64,000 nucleotides of DNA from an uncultured Gammaproteobacteria bacterium. Lineage in GTDB: Bacteria > Patescibacteriota > Microgenomatia > Levybacterales > UBA12049. A program made the position numbers and the translations under genes. The stretch lies in the NCBI GenBank assembly GCA_964490105.1, contig CAZAZU010000001.1, positions 498,361 through 562,360 of the forward strand, in the 5' to 3' direction. Numbering within the stretch: the first letter of the stretch is position 1; each line of letters opens with the position of its first letter. The notes beneath the pieces were generated by a model. That model saw only the letters and a program-made list of their open reading frames with translations, was not told the origin of the DNA and did not search any database. Below are positions 39,397-49,063 of this stretch, one piece after another.

Positions 39397-39478
39397 CCCG
39401 TTAGAAGCAGATCGCGATCATCTGCTATCCTTTCATTTTTTTCAAACCCTTAAAAGCGATCGCGGCTTCTAACGGGAT
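39396..39478 (-). mobile_element. MITE-like palindromic repeat, copy B (reverse orientation)
   Basis: The reverse complement matches copies A and C: 'atcccgttagaagccgcgatcgcttttaa...gatgatcgcgatctgcttctaacgggat'. Confidence 0.6.
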
Positions 39479-39483
39479 CCATA

Positions 39484-39909
39484 TTAAATTTCTGAGCAGA
39501 GCTTCATGCACATACTTTTTGCTTCGTTGCTTGGAAGATCCTTGAGTCCTTCCATATCTTTTAAAACTTTTTGGATTTGAGGAGATGATGACGCAACTTC
39601 CACAGGATCTAAACCTTCAATATTCTTTTTTAGTTCTTCTATCTTAGATCCAACTTCATTTGCGACATTAAATCTTGGAATTTCAACGTCAGGTTTTTTA
39701 ATTGGCGTAGGAGAAACGGATACATTTTGACCTAAAACTTCATCGTTATTTGAAAAAAATGTGGTCTTAATTTCTCTAACTGCTAAGATCGCAACCACCA
39801 CAAAAAAAGCTGTTACTATTACTCTTTTTTTATCCCATTCCTCGCCAGATTCTTCTTTTCTTCTAGTCTTTACAGGTTCAACTGCTTCTTCTTTTTTTCT
39901 GAAAAACAT
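39484..39909 (-). CDS. hypothetical membrane-anchored protein
   Basis: Charged N-terminus and one TM 'VIVTAFFVVVAILAV'. 141 aa. Confidence 0.4.
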   Translation of the reverse strand: MFFRKKEEAVEPVKTRRKEESGEEWDKKRVIVTAFFVVVAILAVREIKTTFFSNNDEVLGQNVSVSPTPIKKPDVEIPRFNVANEVGSKIEELKKNIEGLDPVEVASSSPQIQKVLKDMEGLKDLPSNEAKSMCMKLCSEI

Positions 39910-39984
39910 ATCTTAATTCTAGAGTCTCAACCTCACTTTTGCAAACGTGTAGCACAAATCCAACTTAAATGATAATATCAGGGT

Positions 39985-40959
39985 ATGCCATCAGTTGATG
40001 TTTTATGTATTGGAAATGCGACAATTGATGTTTTCGTTTTACTAAAAAATCTTCAGAAATTTTCTTACGATAAATTCTCAAATAATATTTCCTTTCCTCT
40101 CGGAGAAAAAGTTCCACTCGATGAACATAAATTAACCATGGGGGGAAATGCCGCTAACCTTGCTGTAGGACTCAAGCGACTTGGACTAAACACATCACTT
40201 GCTGCAGAAATTGGAAGCGATGAGTTCTCGGAAAAAATAACCCATACTTTAGAAAAAGAAGAAGTTGATCAAACATATATTAAAAAAGGGGATAGGCAAA
40301 CTCCATATTTTAATATAGTTCTTTCATACGGCGGAGATCGAACAATTCTTGATGAAAGAACACCTAGCGAGGAGGTCTTGGAAATCGGAAATGCTAATCC
40401 CAAATATTTTTATTTAACTGGACTAAACGGGGATTGGGAGAAAATATTTTCAGATGCCATCTCAAATAATCCCGATTCACTTCTTGCATTTAATCCCGGC
40501 AGCAGACAATTAAATGAAGGATTTGATAAGACACTGGAAATATTACCAAAAATTGAAATTCTTTTTGTAAACTTAGCTGAAGCCCAGAAAATGATTGGTG
40601 AGCAAGAAACAGATGTAAAAATTTTAATGACCAAACTTAAGAGTAAAGGCCCTAAAATTGCAGTTGTCACAGACGGCATAAATGGATCTTATGCAATCGG
40701 CGAAAATGGAAATATTTTTCATATCGGCCCGCTTTCAAAAGAAAAACCAATTGAGCGAACTGGAGCCGGAGACTCATACGCAGGTGCTTTTTTATATGCA
40801 GTTATAAAAGGCAAATCTATAGAAGAAGCTATGAGATATGGAGCAATAAATGCAGACAGTGTAATAAAAAAAATCGGCGCGCAAGATGGACTTTTAAAAG
40901 ATATCGAGATTGAACAAATCTCAAACGAAAATTTAGAATTCCAAGCAGTAAAAATATGA
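39985..40959 (+). CDS. PfkB-family carbohydrate/nucleoside kinase (ribokinase fold)
   Basis: 'GGNAANLAVGLKRLG' and the C-terminal 'GAGDSYAGAF' anion hole/DxGxGD-type motif. TAATAT sits about 6 nt upstream of the ATG. Confidence 0.8.
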   Translation: MPSVDVLCIGNATIDVFVLLKNLQKFSYDKFSNNISFPLGEKVPLDEHKLTMGGNAANLAVGLKRLGLNTSLAAEIGSDEFSEKITHTLEKEEVDQTYIKKGDRQTPYFNIVLSYGGDRTILDERTPSEEVLEIGNANPKYFYLTGLNGDWEKIFSDAISNNPDSLLAFNPGSRQLNEGFDKTLEILPKIEILFVNLAEAQKMIGEQETDVKILMTKLKSKGPKIAVVTDGINGSYAIGENGNIFHIGPLSKEKPIERTGAGDSYAGAFLYAVIKGKSIEEAMRYGAINADSVIKKIGAQDGLLKDIEIEQISNENLEFQAVKI

Positions 40960-41708
40960 CAGATTTAAGTAAAATTACAAAAGACGGCAAAGCGCTTTTC
41001 TTAGCATATGATCAGGGAATGGAACACGGACCGTCTGATTTCGATGATGAAAATGCGGATCCAGAAAATATAATTAATATTGGATTAAAAGGCGGTTTTA
41101 CCGGAATTATTTTTCAAAAAGGGGTAGCTGAACAATACTACAAAAAAGAATACGACTCCACGTTACCACTTATTATTAAACTAAACGGAAAGACAAACTT
41201 AAATGATGATCCAGATCCTTATTCACCACAAATTTGTTCTGTTGAAGAAGCTCTAAGTCTAGGTGCCTCAGCTGTAGGATATACGATTTATGTTGGGAGC
41301 CGTCATGAATCAAAGATGTTTAAGGAGTTTAGTAAAATTGAAGGAGAAGCGCATAAAGCTAACATTCCTTTCATCGGCTGGATGTATATTAAAGGAAGCG
41401 GGGCAGAAGGAAAAGATATAAGAGAGCTCACAGCTTATGCGGCACGTCTTGGACTTGAGATGGGTGCTGACATTATAAAAATAAAATATCCAGGGGATGA
41501 AAAAAGTCTCAGATGGGCAGTAAATAACGCAGGAAAAACTGGGGTCGTAATTTCAGGAGGAGCTAAGGAAGATGAGGGGACATTTCTGGAAACTGTGCAA
41601 ACTGCGATGAGCTCAGGATGCATCGGAATGGCAGTAGGAAGAAATATCTGGCAATCGAATTCACCATTGGAAATTACAGAAAAAGTTAAAAAAATAATCT
41701 GGCCCTAA
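40956..41708 (+). CDS. class I fructose-bisphosphate aldolase, archaeal DhnA/FbaB type
   Basis: 'KALFLAYDQGMEHGPSDF' and a Schiff-base lysine region 'ADIIKIKYPGD'. 250 aa. Confidence 0.75.
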   Translation: MTDLSKITKDGKALFLAYDQGMEHGPSDFDDENADPENIINIGLKGGFTGIIFQKGVAEQYYKKEYDSTLPLIIKLNGKTNLNDDPDPYSPQICSVEEALSLGASAVGYTIYVGSRHESKMFKEFSKIEGEAHKANIPFIGWMYIKGSGAEGKDIRELTAYAARLGLEMGADIIKIKYPGDEKSLRWAVNNAGKTGVVISGGAKEDEGTFLETVQTAMSSGCIGMAVGRNIWQSNSPLEITEKVKKIIWP

Positions 41709-41716
41709 ATTTACTG

Positions 41717-41743
41717 TCTGATATATCGATATATCGATATATA
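41717..41743. repeat. tandem palindromic repeat (ATATCGAT)x2, second locus
   Basis: Sequence 'tctgatatatcgatatatcgatatataatg' lies between the aldolase stop and the rpiB ATG. It ends in TATATAAT 8 nt upstream of the rpiB start. Confidence 0.7.
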
Positions 41744-41753
41744 ATGTATTGAT

Positions 41754-42251
41754 ATGAAAGTTTACTTAGCAACGGACCACGCAGGACTTGAAATTAAAAA
41801 TAAAGTAATTGAGTATTTAAAACAATTGGGACATGACCCAGAGGACTGTGGTGCTTTTACCTATGACAAAAATGATGATTACCCGGATCTCATTTCAAAT
41901 GCTGCGAGAAAAGTTTCAGAAAACCCTGATAGCTTCGGGGTAGTTTTCGGAGGTTCAGGGCAAGGCGAAGCAATTGTTGCTAATAAATTTAAAAATGTCA
42001 GGTGTGCTCTTTTTTATTCACCAGCGCTGCCAGCTCAAGCAATTGATATAAATGGAAATAAAAGTGTGGACGAATTTGAAATACTAAAACTAACTCGCGC
42101 CCATAATGACTCTAACATGCTTTCAATTGGCACTCGTTTTTTAACCGAAACAGAGATTTTTAAAGCAGTAAAAATATTTTTAGAAAGCCCATTTCCAGGA
42201 GACGAAAGACACAAAAGAAGAGTCAAAAAGATTAAACAGCTTGAGAATTAA
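41754..42251 (+). CDS. rpiB: ribose-5-phosphate isomerase B
   Basis: 'KVYLATDHAGLEIK' and 'GGSGQGEAIVANKF'. 165 aa. Confidence 0.85.
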   Translation: MKVYLATDHAGLEIKNKVIEYLKQLGHDPEDCGAFTYDKNDDYPDLISNAARKVSENPDSFGVVFGGSGQGEAIVANKFKNVRCALFYSPALPAQAIDINGNKSVDEFEILKLTRAHNDSNMLSIGTRFLTETEIFKAVKIFLESPFPGDERHKRRVKKIKQLEN

Positions 42252-43005
42252 TAACAGCTCCCATACTATCAAATAAAACTACACTTTCCCCCATGACTTG
42301 TCTGATGTGTGCAGTTTGATCTGGAGTAACTCCGCTACCCAAAACCATTCCGCTAATAAAATTACTTGGGACACCAACTAAAATTGCCGATAATCTTTTC
42401 CCAACTTCCGAATCTACATCTTTGACAGGTAAACGATGAATAATTTTTTTCATCGCTTCATTCTTGGGATCATATGCGTCCTGAGATAGTAACTCATCTA
42501 ACCTAGGATCTGGATCAATCAAATATGCAATATGACTTGTTCGCTTTTTATAAGATGGGAGGTAATTATATTCAGGCTGTGGTACAAAAAGTTTTTCACT
42601 TATTTGTCTCCCTTTAGAAATAAATGCCATATATTCTTGAACTGACATATCTTCAGGAACCTTAAAGAAATCACCACTATAACTAGTTTCTCCATCTTCT
42701 GGAATTCCTATAAACTCACCAGAAACTATACCCAATCTTTTTATACCCTCAACGAGCTCAGGAGTGTAAATGGCTCCATGAACCAGTGTTCCTTTTACTA
42801 ATGCAGGTTCTCCTCGTGCTAACCTTTCCCTAATTGGATTAGCTACGGGACCTGGATGATCCTTGAGTGTTTGAAAGAGATTCCATTGATTCCGCACAAC
42901 AGTCATTGAATCTGCATCAAGAGGCTTATAGGTTAACATGGTATCAGGAAAGGGGACAGATTTTGTTATTGTTTCAGGACTAGGTCCTGGTCCATCACCA
43001 CTCAT
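42232..43005 (-). CDS. conserved hypothetical protein
   Basis: 257 aa between rpiB and gap with no motif recognised. GC is slightly elevated (about 40 percent). Confidence 0.35.
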   Translation of the reverse strand: MSGDGPGPSPETITKSVPFPDTMLTYKPLDADSMTVVRNQWNLFQTLKDHPGPVANPIRERLARGEPALVKGTLVHGAIYTPELVEGIKRLGIVSGEFIGIPEDGETSYSGDFFKVPEDMSVQEYMAFISKGRQISEKLFVPQPEYNYLPSYKKRTSHIAYLIDPDPRLDELLSQDAYDPKNEAMKKIIHRLPVKDVDSEVGKRLSAILVGVPSNFISGMVLGSGVTPDQTAHIRQVMGESVVLFDSMGAVINSQAV

Positions 43006-44045
43006 TTTTCTTTTCCAACCATTAGAACTTCTTCTATCAAACGGTTAGCGTATCCATATTCATTGTCATACCAAGCTATAACTTTTACCATATTTCCGCC
43101 AACTACTTGGGTCAAACTTAAATCAACAATTGCAGAATGAGAATTACCAACTATATCTGAGGAAACAATTGGCTCCTCCGTAGCTTCTAAAATTCCTTTA
43201 AAATTATTCTTTCTTACAGCCGTTTTAAACGCATTATTAATCTCCTCAACTGTCGCGTCTTTTTTTAGAACAAACGTAAAATCTGAAAGTGAACCCACAG
43301 GAACAGGAACACGAATCGCGAGGCCATTAAATATTCCATCAAGCTCCGGCAGTGCTTTTGCTGCAGCTTTTGTAGCTCCAGTACTTGTTGGAACTATATT
43401 TTCTGCCGCTGCTCTTGCTCTCCTGTAATCTTCATGTCCACCATCTTGAAGTCTTTGATCCTGAGTATAACCATGAATGGTTGTCATCATCGCTTTTTCT
43501 ATCCCAAATTCATCAGCAATTACTTTTGCAACTGGAGCTATGCAATTTGTCGTACAAGATGCATTACTTATGATATTTGCGCCATTATAATCTGCGTCAT
43601 TTACTGACAAAACATAAGTTTCTATATTTCCTCCTTTTGCAGGAGCAGACAAAACTACATTTTTAGCTCCAGCTTTTATATGAAGGTTCAAGTCTTCCAA
43701 ACTTGAAAAATGTCCCGTGGACTCGATCACCACATCAACATTCAGATCATCCCAGGGAAGAAGAGATGGATCTTTCTGAGAATAAACAAAACTTTTTCTT
43801 CTTTTATTTACAACAATTTTCCCAAGAAGATCTTTTTTTGATTCTTTAGTTGGTTCAATTGTTACTTCATCTTTTAAATTTCCGTAAACGGAGTCGTATT
43901 TAAGTAAATACATCCATCCTTTTAAGTCAGTAGAAGTCCCAGCATTTATCGCCACCACATCAATCTTACTTTTATACTTCTCAAGAATTACACGGTGCGC
44001 AATTCTTCCAATTCTGCCGTATCCATTTATCGCAACTCTAATCAT
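43002..44045 (-). CDS. gap: glyceraldehyde-3-phosphate dehydrogenase, type I
   Basis: 'INGYGRIGRIAHR' and the active site 'SNASCTTNCIAPV'. 347 aa. Confidence 0.9.
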   Translation of the reverse strand: MIRVAINGYGRIGRIAHRVILEKYKSKIDVVAINAGTSTDLKGWMYLLKYDSVYGNLKDEVTIEPTKESKKDLLGKIVVNKRRKSFVYSQKDPSLLPWDDLNVDVVIESTGHFSSLEDLNLHIKAGAKNVVLSAPAKGGNIETYVLSVNDADYNGANIISNASCTTNCIAPVAKVIADEFGIEKAMMTTIHGYTQDQRLQDGGHEDYRRARAAAENIVPTSTGATKAAAKALPELDGIFNGLAIRVPVPVGSLSDFTFVLKKDATVEEINNAFKTAVRKNNFKGILEATEEPIVSSDIVGNSHSAIVDLSLTQVVGGNMVKVIAWYDNEYGYANRLIEEVLMVGKEK

Positions 44046-44207
44046 AAATATATAATCTCACTTCGATTAACCTGCGTCAAACTTAATTTATGCGTGGGGA
44101 GGAATTTGAATTTTCAAACGCAATCAGCAGACTAAGATTTAATACATAGGGATGATTTAAACTGCGAATGAAGTGAGAAAATTTGAATTCCACCCTCAGC
44201 GCAATTA

Positions 44208-46037
44208 CTACCGTAATAACTCGTGTACTTTTTCCACAATTGCTTTCGAATTTATTTGTTCAAAATCCAGTAATTCCTCAGGACTTCCGCTCCTTGGCAT
44301 CTTAGAAACCGACAAACTATAAATCGGAGTTTTTGAAGTATTTAAACATGAGCGAACGGCCTCTGCGATTCCGCCTTCTGGTCTGTGATCTTCGACAACT
44401 AAAATTTTCCCAGTTTCATCAGCGGCTCTTTCTAGCGTCGCAGAATCTATAGGTTTTACAGAATATAAATCTATTACCCTAATATCTATCCCCTGTTTTT
44501 TTAATTCTTCATAGGCTTTTAGCGCCTCATGAAGTGTAATTCCAGCGCCAACTACACTCATCTTATCCTTAGTAGATGATCTTAAAGTTTTACTGCCACC
44601 AATTTCAAAACTCTCCTTTTCATGATATATAACGGGGGTATCCATTCTTGTGGTTCTGAGATAAACAATGCCCTTATAGTCAGCGGCAGCTTCTGTCAAC
44701 TTTTGTGCCGATACTCCATCAGAGGGATACAAAACTACGCTGTCTACGACAGAACGAAACATTGCTATATCTTCAATCCCCATTTGAGATGCGCCGTCCT
44801 GACCAATTGACACCCCGGCATGTGAACCCACAAACTTAATATTTGCCTTAGCATAAGCAGCCATTCTTATTTGATCATGCGCTCTTGTCCAAAACGCTGC
44901 GAATGTGGAAATAAATGGCAGTTTTCCTCGCCTGGAAAGACCAACTGCGACAGAAACCATATTTTGCTCAGCAATAAACATTTCAAAATATTTATCACTA
45001 TGCTTTTCTCTAATAATTTCAGAAAAGGTCGAATTAGATGTTTCTCCGTCAAGTACGACTAGAGAAGGGTGGGTGGATACAAGAGTAGGCAATGCTTCAC
45101 CATAAGATTTTCTTGTAGCAATTAAATCTCCAATTTTATATTGTGCGACGCGAGAAGTATATCTTGGAGAGGGGTTATTTTTATGATTTATTTTATCTGG
45201 TTTTGCAATTTTTCCACGTAGTGTTCTGTCTATTTCACCCAAATCTTTTGCATGCTCCCCTATTTCAGCGTAGGGGAGAGCCTTTCCGTGAAAACCATCC
45301 TTATTTTCAACCTTCTTAATACCCTTACCCTTCATGGTTTTAGCAATTATCATTACGGGTCGGTCGTGCGAAGTTTGAGCTTGCAAAAAGGCCTGTGAAA
45401 TTTCGCTAAAATCATGTCCATCTACAACTATCGCCTCCCAACCAAATGCCTGAAGTTTTTTTTGATAGTTTTTTAAATCCCATCCATACATTGTCTCAGT
45501 ACTCTGTCCGAGCCTGTTAACGTCAATTATTCCGATTAAATTATTTAACTTATAATGACTTGCGATCTCTATTGCTTCCCAAACTTGTCCTTCGGAGGTT
45601 TCACTATCTCCCATCAAAACATATGTTTTATGCGACAATTTTTCAATCTTCGCAGCTAGTGCGATTCCAACTCCTACTGACAAACCTTGGCCAAGTGAGC
45701 CGGTTGGCGCTTCTGTATATTTAAATTCCATAGTAGGATGCCCTTCAAGCGGACTCCCAAACTTTCGATAAGTTAGTAAATCATTTTCTGAAATCTCTCC
45801 GGCTGCTACCCAGAGTGAATAAAATAAGGGAGAAGCATGGCCTTTTGAAAAGATTACCCTATCATTCTCTGGATAATCTGGATTTTTGGCATCAAATTTT
45901 AAAAATCCTCCGAAAAAAAGCGTGGTCATTAGCTCAACCGAAGATAAAGATGAAGTTAAATGCCCTGAACCTGCTGTAGAAGTTGAAAGAAGACAATAAT
46001 AACGAATCAACCTAGCTAACTTTTCCAAATCTTCCAT
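44208..46037 (-). CDS. tkt: transketolase
   Basis: TPP-binding 'GSLGQGLSVGVGIA', 'GDSETSEGQVWEA', 'SGHLTSSLS' and the C-terminal domain are all present. 609 aa. Confidence 0.9.
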   Translation of the reverse strand: MEDLEKLARLIRYYCLLSTSTAGSGHLTSSLSSVELMTTLFFGGFLKFDAKNPDYPENDRVIFSKGHASPLFYSLWVAAGEISENDLLTYRKFGSPLEGHPTMEFKYTEAPTGSLGQGLSVGVGIALAAKIEKLSHKTYVLMGDSETSEGQVWEAIEIASHYKLNNLIGIIDVNRLGQSTETMYGWDLKNYQKKLQAFGWEAIVVDGHDFSEISQAFLQAQTSHDRPVMIIAKTMKGKGIKKVENKDGFHGKALPYAEIGEHAKDLGEIDRTLRGKIAKPDKINHKNNPSPRYTSRVAQYKIGDLIATRKSYGEALPTLVSTHPSLVVLDGETSNSTFSEIIREKHSDKYFEMFIAEQNMVSVAVGLSRRGKLPFISTFAAFWTRAHDQIRMAAYAKANIKFVGSHAGVSIGQDGASQMGIEDIAMFRSVVDSVVLYPSDGVSAQKLTEAAADYKGIVYLRTTRMDTPVIYHEKESFEIGGSKTLRSSTKDKMSVVGAGITLHEALKAYEELKKQGIDIRVIDLYSVKPIDSATLERAADETGKILVVEDHRPEGGIAEAVRSCLNTSKTPIYSLSVSKMPRSGSPEELLDFEQINSKAIVEKVHELLR

Positions 46038-46095
46038 ATCTCTAGAATACAGGATCTTTTAGTTTATTGGAAGCAATTCTCTGTTATAATTTTTC

Positions 46096-46872
46096 TTGAT
46101 GGATTTATTTCAAACTTTAATTCTTTCTTTCGTAGAAGGTGTTACGGAATTTTTACCAATTTCTTCAACGGGGCACCTAATCCTTGCTTCTCAAATTCTT
46201 GGGATCAAACAAACTGAATTTGTAAAAAGTTTTGAAATTATTATTCAATTAGGCGCTATTCTTTCAATAGTTTTCCTATACTTTAAAACTTTATTAAATT
46301 TTAAGATCTGGCCCAAAATTTTCGTAGCTTTTCTTCCAAGCGCGGTCGTAGGCCTACTCTTCTATAAAATTATTAAAGAATTTCTAATTGGAAATAGCCT
46401 TATAACTGTAATCGCATTACTAATTGGAGGAATCGCATTTATAGCAGTCGAATACTGGAATAGGGATAAGCAATCAAAGCAAACTTCTAAGATCGAGGAG
46501 ATTACTTTTAAGAACGCATTTATAATAGGACTTTTCCAGTCAATTTCTGTGATTCCTGGCGTTTCAAGAGCTGGAGCTACAATTCTGGGGGCTTTACTAC
46601 TTAAAACAAACAGAAAAACAGCCGCAGAGTTTTCATTCATTCTGGCTGTTCCTACGATGGCAGCAGCCACTGGATTAGATGTATTTCAAACCAAATTGAA
46701 CTTTTCAAATAATGAATTGTTTTTGCTCGCTGTAGGCTTCGTGAGTTCATTCATTTTTGCTGCTATTTCAGTAAAATTACTTGTAAAATACCTGGCTAAT
46801 CATAACTTTATTTCCTTTGGAATCTATAGAATTGCGTTAGCGATAATATTTTGGTTAATATACCTGAGATGA
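46096..46872 (+). CDS. uppP: undecaprenyl-diphosphatase
   Basis: 'VTEFLPISSTGHLIL' and about 8 TM segments. TATAAT lies 8 nt upstream. The stop codon abuts MITE copy C. Confidence 0.85.
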   Translation: MMDLFQTLILSFVEGVTEFLPISSTGHLILASQILGIKQTEFVKSFEIIIQLGAILSIVFLYFKTLLNFKIWPKIFVAFLPSAVVGLLFYKIIKEFLIGNSLITVIALLIGGIAFIAVEYWNRDKQSKQTSKIEEITFKNAFIIGLFQSISVIPGVSRAGATILGALLLKTNRKTAAEFSFILAVPTMAAATGLDVFQTKLNFSNNELFLLAVGFVSSFIFAAISVKLLVKYLANHNFISFGIYRIALAIIFWLIYLR

Positions 46873-46959
46873 ATCCCGTTAGAAGCCGCGATCGCTTTTA
46901 GGGATTTGAAGCAAAAAGAAAGGATAAGTAGATGATCGCGATCTGCTTCTAAACGGGAT
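46873..46959 (+). mobile_element. MITE-like palindromic repeat, copy C
   Basis: Sequence 'atcccgttagaagccgcgatcgcttttag...gatgatcgcgatctgcttctaaacgggat'. Its terminal ATG is the start codon of the MGMT gene. Confidence 0.6.
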
Positions 46960-47260
46960 GAACACGTTTGAAAAGGTTTATAAGGCTGTAGCTAAAATTC
47001 CAAGAGGAAAAGTTACTACTTATGGTGAAATTGCGCGGTACTTAGGCATCTCTAACCCAAGAGTGGTAGGATTTGCACTTCACGTAAATAAGGACCCGGA
47101 TAATATCCCTTGCCACAGAGTGGTAAATAAAAAAGGAGAACTTGCTCCAGGCTACGCTTTTGGAGGTCTTGATGTCCAAAAACAGCTGCTAACACAAGAG
47201 GGGGTTAAATTTGAAAATTCGAGAGTAAAACTTGAAAGCTCAGGTTTTAATTTTACTTAG
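46958..47260 (+). CDS. methylated-DNA--protein-cysteine methyltransferase (stand-alone MGMT C-terminal domain)
   Basis: Active-site 'IPCHRVVN' (PCHR) and HTH 'TYGEIARYLGISNPRVVG'. 100 aa. Confidence 0.75.
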   Translation: MNTFEKVYKAVAKIPRGKVTTYGEIARYLGISNPRVVGFALHVNKDPDNIPCHRVVNKKGELAPGYAFGGLDVQKQLLTQEGVKFENSRVKLESSGFNFT

Positions 47261-47539
47261 CTATCTGAATTCTTGGAAATTCAAATTTCTTTGTCACAGG
47301 AATCTTCCTTAAAGCCGCTAAACCACTATAAACTAAAGCAGCAATCAACAAAAACATTGCAGCAGCCACACATAGCGCAAACCATGTGAATGCCGTAAAA
47401 ACACCAATTAAGTTCTTCATAAGCCTATAATTATAATAGAAAACAGTTAAAATGTCAATTCTATAGGATATAATTTGATTAAAACCCAGGCATAAATCCC
47501 ATTGCAAACTAGCCTATAATATGATATACTACCCCTCTA

Positions 47540-48244
47540 ATGATGCCTGATTTAAAAAATCAAAAATTACTCATTGTTTCGCCTCATCCTGATGACGAGG
47601 TTCTAGGCTGTGGTGGTCTCATCAAAAAGATTAAAGACCAAGGCGGAGAAGTCTATATTCTTTTCCTTACGGTCGGCGACACTCAGGAATACTCGGCCAA
47701 AGGTGTTTCTAACGGAAACGAAAGAGTTTCTGAAATCGCAAGGGTAGCGAAATTCTTAAAATATGATAATTATCAAATCCTTTTTGAAGGTAATACTTTC
47801 CATTTAAGACTTGATAGTGTTCCTCAGATTGACCTTGTAAGTAAAATTGAAGAATCTCTAAACAGAATAAAGCCAACAATCGTTGCTATGCCTCCCCGTC
47901 AGGATTACAATCAGGACCATAGGGCTGCAGCTCAAGCATTAATTAGCGCCACAAGACCTGCTCCTTCTGATTTTAAACCATTTCAGAAAATGGTTCTAAC
48001 ATATGAATCTGTTCCGGTAGCTAACTGGGCATATTCACAAACAGAAAATCCTAATTTCTATGTTCCATTAACTGAAGACGAATTAGATACCAAGCTTAAA
48101 GCACTTTCTATGTATAAATCACAAGTTAGAAAAGGTGCGCACCCAAGATCCTTAAAATCCATGAAAAATCTTGCAAAATTCAGAGGCATGCAGATAGGTC
48201 AAGAATTTGCAGAAGCGTATATTTGCCACAGAAATGTTCTGTAA
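47540..48244 (+). CDS. PIG-L/LmbE family N-acetylglucosaminyl deacetylase
   Basis: 'LLIVSPHPDDEVLGCGG' (HPDDE zinc motif). 234 aa. Confidence 0.75.
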   Translation: MMPDLKNQKLLIVSPHPDDEVLGCGGLIKKIKDQGGEVYILFLTVGDTQEYSAKGVSNGNERVSEIARVAKFLKYDNYQILFEGNTFHLRLDSVPQIDLVSKIEESLNRIKPTIVAMPPRQDYNQDHRAAAQALISATRPAPSDFKPFQKMVLTYESVPVANWAYSQTENPNFYVPLTEDELDTKLKALSMYKSQVRKGAHPRSLKSMKNLAKFRGMQIGQEFAEAYICHRNVL

Positions 48245-49062
48245 AACATATGAGAGTATCAATCTACCAGCCTCGTTATTTTCCTCAATTGCACTATTTT
48301 AATAGAGCGCTTGAGTCTGATGTTTTTGTGATTCTGGACAGCGCTCAATATACAAAAGCCCTAGTTCACAGCATAAATGGCAGTAAAGAAAGACACAAAT
48401 CATTTCAATCAGATACAGTTATCAAATTCCCGGAAGGCTCCCATTTCCTAACAGTATCAATCAAACATAACGGCCTTCTACCGATAAATCAAACCCAGTT
48501 AGATTATTCACAAGATTGGGCTAGAAAACATGCAGCAACAATTTCGTCGGCATACAGAAAATCGTTTTCATATAATTCTATTTTTCCTCAAATAGAAAAA
48601 CTCCTTAAAAGTCAGTATGAAACATTAGGTGAGCTAAATATTAAAACTTTTCTTTGGGGCTTAGCATGCATCCTAGGCCTAGATTTAACTCCTGATGAAT
48701 TAACAGTCGAAACAATTAATAAACATCTTGAAACCTCTAATTTTAGACTTAAAAAGATAGTATTAGGCTCTGAGTTAGGGGTTGAAAGACCAGACGGTTT
48801 TCAAAAAGGAACAGAGTGGACTGTTGAAATTTGTAAAAAATTAGGAGCTACAGAGTATCTCCACGGAGAAACAGCACAAAATGGATATATGGACGAGGAT
48901 TACTACAAAAACAATGGGATTAGTCTTGTAACTCAAAATTGGAAATGTGAAGAATATGATCAGCAGTTTAATGACAAAACCGGATTTATCCCTAATCTAT
49001 CAATCATAGATTTACTCTTAAATGTTAATCACGAAAAAGTATTAGAAATAATTACAAATTAA
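48223..49062 (+). CDS. WbqC-like family protein
   Basis: 'VSIYQPRYFPQLHYFNRALESDVFVILDSAQYTK' matches the WbqC N-terminal pattern. Confidence 0.6.
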   Translation: MPQKCSVKHMRVSIYQPRYFPQLHYFNRALESDVFVILDSAQYTKALVHSINGSKERHKSFQSDTVIKFPEGSHFLTVSIKHNGLLPINQTQLDYSQDWARKHAATISSAYRKSFSYNSIFPQIEKLLKSQYETLGELNIKTFLWGLACILGLDLTPDELTVETINKHLETSNFRLKKIVLGSELGVERPDGFQKGTEWTVEICKKLGATEYLHGETAQNGYMDEDYYKNNGISLVTQNWKCEEYDQQFNDKTGFIPNLSIIDLLLNVNHEKVLEIITN

Positions 49063-49063
49063 T

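Noticed and set aside
38392-39480. Programmed +1 frameshift in prfB.
   Set aside because: The RF2 ORF is contiguous from its ATG. The 8 upstream in-frame codons end in a stop inside the MITE. There is no CUU-UGA-C slippery site and no internal SD. The nearby 'UUC UAA C' is not a plausible slip site.
47253-47507. 84-aa minus-strand ORF between MGMT and the PIG-L deacetylase.
   Set aside because: It may be a real two-TM mini-protein. However, it overlaps the MGMT 3' end and the promoter-like AT-rich region of the next gene, and there are no supporting signals, so I left it uncalled.
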